Assembly: GCF_006345805.1 (NCBI RefSeq)
Contig: NC_043011.1
Location: 38,328,464 to 38,392,463, forward strand
Source of the DNA: Octopus sinensis
Taxonomy: Eukaryota
Reading direction: 5' to 3'
DNA length: 64,000 bases
Within the stretch, counting starts at the first letter, position 1; every line of letters begins with the position of its first letter. The notes beneath the pieces were generated by a model, which made no database searches, was not told where the DNA came from, and saw only the letters and a program-made list of their open reading frames with translations. Made by a program: the position numbers and the translations under genes. Below, in pieces: positions 53,693 to 64,000 of this stretch.

Positions 53693-55409
53693 GGAAAAAT
53701 ATATATATATTTATATTTGTTTATAATTTGCCTATGTTTAGTTTATTATAAATGCAAATCGCAATATGGGGATGGATTACTGTACTCCACTTCTGAACCC
53801 GCATTACTTCCATAGGATGGTCCCATCGTACGTAAGTACAGAAACTTCGTTACTGTATGAGTCTGTATCGCTTGAAATCAACTATATTTCTGAGTCTTAT
53901 ATTAGACCTGCTTCACCCTGAATGTTCTACCTAAATAGCTCCAGTTAGAGACCCTTTCTTTTAATTCTGGTGCTTAAAGTTAGTGAAAACGTGATCCTTT
54001 TTGACAAGGAACCAAAACTATCGGCTGACATTTGGGAGAAAGGAAAATCTAACCTGCTGCTCAATAAAAACTACCTCTTCCTTGGACTAAATTACACGGT
54101 GTAACAAACGTTTCATTTATATTTTTTAAGTCTTTGGTCAATAAGTGTTATTTATCATTTGCTTCTTTCGAAAATTCGAAGGAATTGATTTCCCTTCAAA
54201 CTTTGCTTTCGGGACTCGGACATCGATGTTTTCAAAGTTACCTTTTTACCATTACATTTCAGACAGATATAGCGCAGAGGTGATGAAGTAGAAATATCGA
54301 TATAGCAAATTTTGCTCAATACCACAGATTTGTTTGTCAGTTGCTTGACTATAACCACACATGTAAGTACCTTAGTGGCTGACTATATGTACATATCTGA
54401 TCAAGTTCATAAGTAGTGGGGGAACGTCATAGCTATAGTGAGAAGGAATCATTGGGGTTTTTAATAAATGTAACAAATGTAAGTTTTGAAGGAAAATATT
54501 AGCCATTTTTGATACTTTCTTGGGGAAAGCAAAAAGGAAATAACAGTTGTAATTCAAGGACAAATATGGTGTTACACAGTGTAATTCAGAGACAGTAAAC
54601 TGAAAAAGATATTATAAATGTGGTTTATTTGGTGTGTTTACTTATCATCACACCTGTAACCAAATATGGACATTATATGATACTGTTGAAAAATATTTTG
54701 ATTATCGAGAGATAAGAATTCTAGGATGGAGAGAACATGGTGCATATTAATAATCAACGTTTCACATTTAAGGTGTAGATAACGAATCGTTTACAGTTAA
54801 GTGTCTTAATCTATCGACAATATTCTCGAGAGCCGAAAGCAATAAATTAGCAACAATAGAAATGGGAACTATGAAAACAAAACATAAAAGAAAATAACCA
54901 AAATTTTGAATCATTAAAAGAAAGTAAGTGAAGAAAGAACAAAACAAAAAAGAAAAAAAATGTTATCTTGGAGACTCTTCAGATAAAGTTTGGGGATTTG
55001 AAGAAAAAAATTTAATTTGAAAACAAATGAAGTGCGTTGAGATAACGAGATAAGATATGCCGGAGATGTCATTGCTAGCAACATTTTAACCATTTTAACA
55101 CATTAGGTGCGATGTCGTGTTATATTTACTATCTTCAGAGACAGAAAAATGTGTACATCTATGTAATTGACTATATGGGAAGTGTGAGTCAACGTTTCAT
55201 TTTCGATATAGTCGTTTAAATATCTATGTGTGTGTGTATGCGTGTAAGCATCTACACATATGTATGTTTATGTAGCTTTGCATGTATGTATACACTCATA
55301 CACACAACGCACACACATACTCACGTACATACACACACGCATACACAAACATGCATACATAAATATATACATGCACAAACACACACACACATACATATAT
55401 ATATATATT

Positions 55410-55806
55410 CTTTTACTCTTTTACTTCTTTCAATCAGGTGACTGTGGCCATGCTAGAGCACCGCCTTTAATCGAGCAAATCGACCCCAGGACTTATTCTT
55501 TGTAAGCCTAGTACTTATTCTATCGGTCTCTTTTGCCGGACCGCTAAGTTACGGGGACGTGAACACACCAGCATCAGTTGTCAAGCGATGTTGTGGGGAG
55601 GGACAAACATAGACACACAAACATATACACACACATACATATATACGACGGGCTTCTTTCAGTTTCTATCTACCAAATCAACTCACAAGGCTTTGGTCGG
55701 ACCCGGGGCTATAGTAGAAGACACTTGCTCAAGGTGTCACGCACTGGGCCTGAACCTGCAACCAAGTACTTCATAAACAAGCTACAACCACACAGTCACT
55801 CCTACG
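55410..55806 (-). mobile_element. SINE family A
   Basis: Reverse-complement match to 21004-21400. Confidence 0.85.
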
Positions 55807-56012
55807 CAAATATATATATACGTATATGCTTCAATATAAATATGTATTCTTTTCTGAGTATTCTTTTCTTCCTCTGACTATTCTTATCCTGCATTCCTTA
55901 CCTTTCCTGTCTTCCTCTTTCAGACGAAGGCCTATCATTGAAACGTCACCATCCTCTGTTTCTATCTTTAACTGAGATTCAACCTTATACGTTCACTGGG
56001 TACGTTTCGATT

Positions 56013-56097
<85 letters not shown>

Positions 56098-56101
56098 ATA
56101 T

Positions 56102-56640
56102 AATAGTGTACATTTAAACACAAGGTAATTTTTACATGCTAGAAGAAGCAGCCAAAACGGCCAAAACCACAATTAATAGCAATTTTCGAAGTTAATGAAA
56201 AATAGAAACTTTTACCTTGTTATTTTTATTTCGGTTATACCTAGGTTTTAAATTACTTTAGCAAATAAGATTATCTGCTAGGCGAATTCCCATCAGTAAC
56301 CGGCCTCAACAACTAACATATAATGATGGTACACGTGTTATTTGTCTCTGAATTATAAGTCAGTTGTTGAGACCAGTTACTGATGAGAATTCGCCTAGAA
56401 GATAATCTTATTTGCTAAAGTAATTTGAAACCTAGGTATAACCTCAAAAAATAACAAGGTAAAAGTTTTTATTTTTCATTTCCTTCGAAAATTGTTATTA
56501 ATTGTGGTCTGGGCCGTTTCGACTGCTTCTTCTAGCATGTAAAAATTACCTGTTAAAGGGTAGTTTTCTCTTGTGTTTCAGTGTACACTATTTTATGATA
56601 AGAATATGTTGTGTCCACTGGTGGTAATATTTCTAACGAA
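56102..56640 (+). mobile_element. Fold-back PLE-like element with ~220-bp arms and hammerheads, in (TA)n
   Basis: Arms 56102-56324 and 56352-56592, tail 56593-56640, (TA)n flanks. Confidence 0.85.
56376..56442 (+). ncRNA. Type I hammerhead ribozyme with intact core and extended stem II
   Basis: gtta-CTGATGA-gaatt[~30 nt]aattt-GAAAC-ctag-GTA-taac; stem III ACCTAGGT is palindromic. The inverted copy (56233-56300) has core substitutions. Confidence 0.85.
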
Positions 56641-56848
56641 TATATATATATATATTAGAAGAAATAAGGTACTCAGAAATCTGGATGGTTTTATATTTAC
56701 TGATTTTTATTAATATGTCTTATGTTTTTTATATATCATATATAAGCGCTTGCATCCACTCTTGTGGATTCCTCAGATTAAAATTTGTTGAGGAGATTCG
56801 TCTTTTTTATAGTATTATTGAATTATATATTATACATATATATGTATG

Positions 56849-56916
<68 letters not shown>

Positions 56917-57606
56917 CATGACCCAATTCTCACATCTACAGCAGGAGGTAACGCTCCAGTTCGGGAGTTCTGCAGTTTTGGGAGGCGTGGAATTACTCGT
57001 TAAGTACCATTACTCCCAAGTCTGTTATTATCCGGAATGTCGGGACCCATGAATCTCATCTGTGGGTTGAATATATTTCCTAAGGGAAGAGGAAGCTCCG
57101 ATTATTTTTAACAAATACATGGGGTAGGCATCTCTAGTGGGAGAGAGACACCCTGCCGTAAATCTTGCCGCGAAAATAGTGCCAGTTATCTGGCAATGCT
57201 TGTCACTACAACCTACTATGGCGAACGCAGGAGAGAAGGGAAAGAATTAAACAAGCTTTTTGTCACTTAAATCCAATGACATATAGATGTGTCTCTATTA
57301 TCTTATATCTTAATCCGTTTTGTATTTCATCAAGTCCTATGGCGATGAATGCTGGCGTGAAAACGAAATCCAAGCATACGCAAGGATGAGAGAAAATCAG
57401 AACGATCAGGTTGAATGTGAGACGGTTGTCACTTGACAAGATAATGCAATTATCGTATATACACAAATCAATACGTATATATGTGCAATTTGTCTGCCAA
57501 TTTCTCTATCTATGTAGCCATTGATTTATCAGTCGATCTGCTGCCCATTTACCAATCTACCACTTTCTATATATACACATACATTTTCATGCTTATATAT
57601 ATATAT

Positions 57607-58118
57607 ACTAGCAGTATCGCCCGGCGTTGCTCGGGTTTGTAAGGGAAATAACTATATAAGCATTTTTAGAGAGTTACTTCCCTTATAGATGCCAATTCGG
57701 GCTTTCTTAGCCATTTCTGTTTTGGTGTCTTCAAGCCATGAAGTCGTTGTTCTAAAAGAACGCTGGTCTCCTTGACAACGCTTTACGACGTTGATTTCCT
57801 TACACTCCCTTCCCCACAGCTTCACGAGGGAGGGAAGAAGGGGGAGAAGCAAACAGGTGCAAGTGTGACCATGGACGCCAACTCCGCCGCCATCGACACA
57901 CGAAAAATTATGCATTAAAATGGAATAAAAAATGATGTTAAATTATTTTTAAAATCGTAGACTCATCGTAGACGCGCGCTAATACTCAGACGGGCTCGAT
58001 ATGAATCACGACTATAAGATACCCGAATTTGGTTAGACTGCACCGCAAAATGTTGGAGTAGTTAGGAATCTAAATCGAAGGGGACAGACACTCACACAAC
58101 TACAGTTTTATTTATATA
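57607..58118 (+). mobile_element. Non-autonomous Helentron/DINE-1-like element
   Basis: Starts TACTAGCAGTATCGCCCGGCGTTGCTCGGG (short hairpin) and ends ..CAGACACTCACACAACTACAGTTTTATTTATATA; a similar 3' end lies at ~590-660. Confidence 0.55.
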
Positions 58119-58130
58119 TATTATGTGATT

Positions 58131-58455
58131 GAAGGCGCCTGGCTTAGTGGTTAAGGTTTTTCGGTACAGGGTCGTAAGATCGTGAGATCGATTCCCGGCA
58201 ACGAGTCGTGTCCTTCAGCAAGACAATTTATTCCACGTTGCTCCAATCCACTCAACAGGCAAAAATGAGTAGCAACTGTATTTCAAAGGGCCAGCCTTGT
58301 CACATTCTGTGTCACGCTAAATCTCCCTGAGAACGACGTTAAATGTGTATGTGGAGTGCTCAGCCACATGCACGTGCTGGCTGTAAATTCCACGTGATGG
58401 CTGTTCCGTTGATTGGATCATCTGAAAACAATGTCGTCGTAACCAACAAAGTGTC
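58131..58455 (+). mobile_element. SINE family D
   Basis: Match to the reverse complement of 27806-28126. Confidence 0.82.
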
Positions 58456-58827
58456 ATTCTATGTGTATGTGAAAATATGCACATACAGCTATCTATGTGT
58501 GTGGATGTAGGAGTATGAATGCGTATGTGAGTGTCACTTGTATGTGTCAGTTTGTAAATGGACAGCATCGTCTCACAAGACAATAATTCAGATTCATAGA
58601 CAGGAAAATGCTTTCCTCATCAATCCGTCGTCCATGTTGAGTTGACGAAGAGTGATAGTCCTGCAACCGTAGACCTCTCCTATACAGAAAACCGCGAGAA
58701 TGGCCCAGCCAAGTAATAGCCTTGTCACTATTTTAGCATCATGAGTTGAGTGTCTTTAGATCTGCTCTTTTTTCTTTTGCGTTCATAGAGATATTTATCT
58801 ATATACTTGCCTGTATATACATATATG

Positions 58828-59125
58828 TGGAGGCGCAATGGCCCATTGGTTAGGGCAGCGGACACGCGGTCGTAGGATCGCGGTTTCGATTCCCAGACCA
58901 GGCGTTGTGAGTGTTTATTAAGTGGAAACACCTAAAAGCTCTGCGGGGCTCCGGCAGGGGGAGGTGATCCCTGCTGTACACTTTCACCCCTCTCACTCTT
59001 TCTTATGTTGGCCTGCTCGCTTATCCAGCGGGGTGGCGTCATTCGAAGGCTAAAACAATGCGAACGCATTGTGACAAGCGATGTGTAGCAACATCTGATG
59101 GTCTGGTCGGTCACGTGATCACGTG
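58828..59125 (+). mobile_element. SINE family C head with a different tail
   Basis: Tail GCCTGCTCGCTT..GCAACATCTGATGGTCTGGTCGGTCACG, also present alone at 47097-47208 (-). Confidence 0.85.
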
Positions 59126-59363
59126 ATATACATATATAGATACACACACAATATACACAGACAGACACACGCAGACGCACCGACACACATACACACACAT
59201 ATGGATATATATACAGACACATATATACATACAGACACATAAGGGCAATGTGTCCTATGCCTAGCAAATATTAGTTAATATGAAGCAAAATCATACTGTC
59301 ATTAAATACGCGTAACAGTAATCAGAGGTGTAAAGCTCTAACTTCTTTCATCTGTTAACTCAT

Positions 59364-59404
<41 letters not shown>

Positions 59405-59536
59405 ATCATTAATAGAAATAACGTCTGTTAAGTAATTCGATTGATAGTGAAAGATATATATATTAAATCATATGAAAATATTTTAATATATTATAATAAA
59501 TATTCTTCTAAAGATCGCTAAATTGAATAAATAAAC

Positions 59537-59674
59537 ATTAAATTGACTACACGCGTTTGGAATTTTATATTTCCTACTATTATTAATAATCACACATATA
59601 TATATATATATATATATATGATTATTAATAATAGTAGGAAATATAAAATTCCAAACGCGCGTAGTCAATTTAAT
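59537..59674. repeat. Inverted repeat whose loop is a (TA)n tract
   Basis: 59537-59592 is the reverse complement of 59619-59674 (one mismatch seen). Confidence 0.85.
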
Positions 59675-60066
59675 ATATGACTTAAACTTTTGAAAATCAG
59701 GAAAAACATGTGAAACCGGTGAAATAGATCGTCTAAAGGACATTCAGTGTATCTTCGAATTCTTTTAAGTGTGTGTGTGAAGGCGCATTGTTCAGTTGCT
59801 TGGGGAGGGTAGTTTGCTATGCATGGACAACCTTGCCTGGATTGTGCCTCGGAGGGTAAGTTTTTAGATGCAATCCCATGGTCATTCATGACCGAAGGGG
59901 TTCTTTACTCTCTCTCTCTTTATATATAGGTGCAATATAAGTCGGTATCTTTTCAGGACATTGTCTGGCTTAAAAAGCCACTTCAGATGATGCTAAAGTG
60001 TAGGTACAGGAGATAGTATAACTCTGCATAAGGGGTAGATAACCACTCTCTCTCTCTCCCTCTCCC

Positions 60067-60142
<76 letters not shown>

Positions 60143-62593
60143 TATTTGTACATGCATACAACAGATAAATACATACATACCTTTATATAAGCCTAAATTA
60201 TTATGCCCCATATAACCATACTTTACTCTTAATATAAAATATAAGATTTCCAAAAAAAATAATTCTATTTCTCTATATTTTCATTTTAGAATTACATTTT
60301 TGGTTACCTCCCTTCCATTGTAATATAAAGATTTTTGTATGTGAGTCAATTAATACCTTATTTACTGGGTATCTCCTCTTTAAAAAAATCTTCTAAATCT
60401 CCTTAATTAATATTTAAAACCTGATAAAAATAGATAATAATATTTAAATATTTTGAGAAATTACTTGGTGTCTATTTCTCTTAAATAGCTCTACCCTCAT
60501 GATCTTTGTATGTATGAGAAAGCTTTATAAAAATAAATTATTAAAAAAAATTTTAAATAACATTTTATAAGTACCAATGAATAATTATAAATCATCATAT
60601 AAGGATTAATAATTGCATTTTCTTAAATCTATAATAAAACCCATAATTTTATAAAAGTTTTCTTAATAAAATAATTTTTGCCCAATAACTTGATCATCTC
60701 TTTACCCTACATTAAACACTGGTCATTTATAGATATTCTCATCAGTAAATATAATTTTTAGTCTAAAAATTATAGAATTATAAAAAAATGTTTCTAACAA
60801 CTTACCTTACCTATTAATATAAATACGCTAAGTATATCTTATAATAGGTTTTTCGAACACAAATCTGTTCTACCCCTTGTCTATAAGATTCTACAAAGAT
60901 TTATATTTATATTTTTATTATCTTTATTTTCATTTCTTTACTTTATTTTTAAACCATTTCCTACCTATTTACTCACTATATCATTTTATTTATAATATAT
61001 CTATAAATTTCATACTCAACTTATATAAAACTATACTGGTATATTTCACTGTTTATTTTATAATACAAGAAATATGCTCTAAAATTATTAGCATATAAAA
61101 TATATAAAATTTTAACATATTCCTTTAATTTAACTTTACTTTATTAATACCAGAAATTAATATTTAATAATTAGCTATAAATATATGTTAAGTTAGTATA
61201 GAAATATATAAATATCAATTATTTCTTAATTCTCCATCCCTCTATTGTGTAAAATACCGAAAATATTCTGAAATATTCTTCTTTTTTTTTTGTGACAACA
61301 ACTCTAAAATGTACTTATGTATATATAAATAATACTGGTCAAATAGTTATTTGTCAAATAGTTAATGCTATACGTTTTACTCTCCCTACTCCATCAGCTT
61401 TAGCCTGCAAACTTAGCTGAAGTATATTCATACTGAACCAAATGGTTTTATTTCAAAGAAATCTTGATTTATGACTCTGCCACTTAAACTGTCTTTTTAC
61501 CCTATCCATAAAGGATAGATTCTTGTTTTTATTGGACTTGATAAACCAGTCTATAAATTAGAACCCCCACCCCATTAGTAAATCAGAATAACAAATAAAA
61601 TCAATAAAAACAGCATCTTCCTTTAAAAAAAATCTCAGTTACAACTATGATGTCGTTGATCAAACATGTTTTTTGTCTATCTACTTATATAATACGAAAA
61701 CTATACAAATGAATCCTTCGAATTTAACTAAATTCTGTAGTTTTAAGCAGCCGAAGATTGCTCTGTGTTTTAAATTGATGTAATATTTTACATTATTCAA
61801 TTAAATGAAGTTGTGTGAAACGATCGTACTGCATTACCTTTGGATATCCTTGTTGCTTATTTTCATTATAATCAACCCATTTTGAATTATATGGATAATA
61901 CCATACTAAATTCTGGTGCCTTTAACTTAAGTACAATATTCATCTGAATCTAAATTTTACTGAACTTATATATATATATATACATATATACAGTGAAAAT
62001 AATACGATAGAAATTTAGAAAGATTTTAATACCCGTGGCTAGCATGCGTAGTAAATCAATAGAGAACATATTTTCACATATATGTCTCCGAGAACTGTAT
62101 TTGTGAATATTTACATATAAAGATAGGATGTTTTTAATCTGGAAAATAACTATTCTCATATACATTCATCTCGTAAACATATAAACCGTACCAAATAAGT
62201 AAAAATATATGCAAGACACATTGACATCACGATCTGCCGCTTAGACGTTATAGGATTCATTACAATGCAAATTTGAACACAAATCAACACATTGATGGGG
62301 AAAATATGTAATCCGGGAAAGGGGGACATCTAAATCCTTAAGAAAAATTATATTTTTTCACTGCGTTATAAAGTTATTTGTTATACAATGGAGGTATCTT
62401 ATCGAAAAACACACGAGAAACGCAGTTTATTTTGCGAGTTTTTTCTCTAGTTTAGATAGTCATCGTTAAGACACAGTCCATTATAATTAGCTGCCCAAAT
62501 TATGCTGCACTTGGAAAATTGGATGTAAATGAATATTGGTCACGTGTGTCGCTATGTACGTAAATGTAGCTATACATTTATATGTAAGCATAT

Positions 62594-62828
62594 GTATAAC
62601 AAGGATGTCAAGCCATTAGTGCATTACGACCGTTTCAGGCGGCTCCATTTATTTAATTGATCAATGCAAGTATCAATTTAAAATACACCACCTTCCACGG
62701 AAGCATCAGACGTCTGTAATGCACCTTGACATCCTTGTTACATATTTACTTTTTATTCATGTGACTTAGAGCTCTACGGATAATACCAGACTGACTTGTT
62801 ACCTCAACTTAAGTACCAAATTCAACTC

Positions 62829-62832
<4 letters not shown>
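62594..62832 (+). mobile_element. Second copy of the 24052 fold-back family
   Basis: TAACAAGGATGTCAAG..GTGCATTACGACCGTTTCAGGCGGCTCC versus GTAATGCACCTTGACATCCTTGTTA; the tail is homologous to 24290-24370. Confidence 0.72.
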
Positions 62833-62871
<39 letters not shown>

Positions 62872-62879
62872 CATGGCAA

Positions 62880-63960
62880 AGTGCGTGTGAAAGAGAAATA
62901 ATATTCTTAAGACTATAAGATTATAAACTTGGAAACGTACAATTATTACACTTGGAGAAGTTGAGGAGAACTTATTACATCTGGTAAAGTACAGAACAAA
63001 ATGTTTTTAAAATATTGCAGCTAAGGATAAACTTTCAAACAGAATATTTAGATTTAGAAAATGTTAGCTTATATTAAAGCTAAAAATGTTATTACAAGTT
63101 ATTTCCTCTATTTGTTCTTACTTGTTACTTCTATTGAAAATAAAAGAGAACTCAATTAAAATATTTTTTCACTTTAGAAAATTCTTTTTTTAATTATTAA
63201 TTAATAATTAGAAATTTGAAAATGGATTGTAAAAATAATAGTAATACATATTTAGTACAATAAATAGAATGATACAAAAATTAGTTGAATATTACAGCAA
63301 AATCTACCTATATCACCAAATTCACATTAGAATTTACTTGAGTTATTACCAAGTCTTCAGATTTTTAGTCTTAAGGCAATGCCTATTTTCTACATAATGA
63401 ATTTGCCTACTGTTTATATATACAGCTCTACTTTGCATATAACGTTAGCTATATTTGTACTTCTGGCTCTAACTTTTTAAGTATTCTAGTGCGTAAATAT
63501 TTTAACAAAATGATGGTGCCTTTTTTAACTATTATGTTACTTTGTAAATTAAAATCAAATAATTTTTAATATTCAAATTTTTATCCTTAGCTGCAAACTT
63601 CTAAGTAATAAGGTTCTAGCTCTGTACTTTACCAGACGTAAAGTGTAATAACTTGTCCTCTACATTTCCAAGTTTACAATGTCAAGAATATTATATCTCT
63701 TGCTCGCATTTTCCCGTGTAATCCATGTTTTTTCCAGGCTCTGCTATCATATTAATTAATAATATGTCAAATATGTCAATTAGCGATTTCGATGATAATT
63801 TTTCCTTACCCCAATGATGCCGGTGACATATATTAAAGGTCCCCTTATAGACCATTATCCATAAAAGACTATATAACTATATTATCACCCTCGAATTTGA
63901 GAAACATTTTTTTTTTCTTTTAAAACTTCATTACATGAGATTCATACCACGAAATTCCTC
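62880..63960 (-). pseudogene. Highly decayed LINE reverse-transcriptase remnant
   Basis: Faint motifs in the expected order (SP.., .ITL, VDF, SPQLL) with many stops; very AT-rich. Confidence 0.3.
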
Positions 63961-64000
63961 GGATTGAGCTCTATCATTTAAGCTTAATTAAAATGTAGTT

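Noticed and set aside
58828-58900. SINE heads as real tRNA genes
   Set aside because: A/B boxes are present, but they continue into SINE bodies and the copies are divergent.
60180-61300. Very AT-rich stretch as a mitochondrial insertion or coding remnant
   Set aside because: No identifiable mitochondrial gene or clear RT motifs; possibly an ancient LINE, but unsupported.

Overview
AT-rich eukaryotic, non-genic DNA that looks like animal intergenic or intronic sequence. The SINE and microsatellite make-up suggests an octopus/cephalopod genome (inference). No host protein-coding gene can be supported, and almost all ORFs in the track are microsatellite artefacts. Recognisable elements are a young 5'-truncated Tx1/L1-clade LINE with an intact ORF2 inside a (GATA)n tract, a decayed R4/Dong-type RLE retrotransposon inside (TAA)n, several degenerate LINE and Tc1/mariner remnants, a hAT MITE with an 8-bp TSD, a Helentron/DINE-like element, and dozens of tRNA-derived SINEs from about four modular families. 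The most striking signal is about a dozen short non-coding fold-back (inverted-repeat) elements of several unrelated sequence families, most inserted in (TA)n tracts. Many carry minimal type I hammerhead ribozyme (HHR) motifs (CUGANGA...GAAAC...GUH) and share one architecture: inverted truncated arm, HHR, arm, unique tail, (TA)n. This matches Penelope-like-element (PLE) pseudo-LTR insertions. There is also a candidate tRNA-headed SINE ending in a hammerhead, split by the Dong insertion, and a SINE block that resembles the Tx1 LINE 3' terminus. All coordinates and alignments were read by eye and are approximate.
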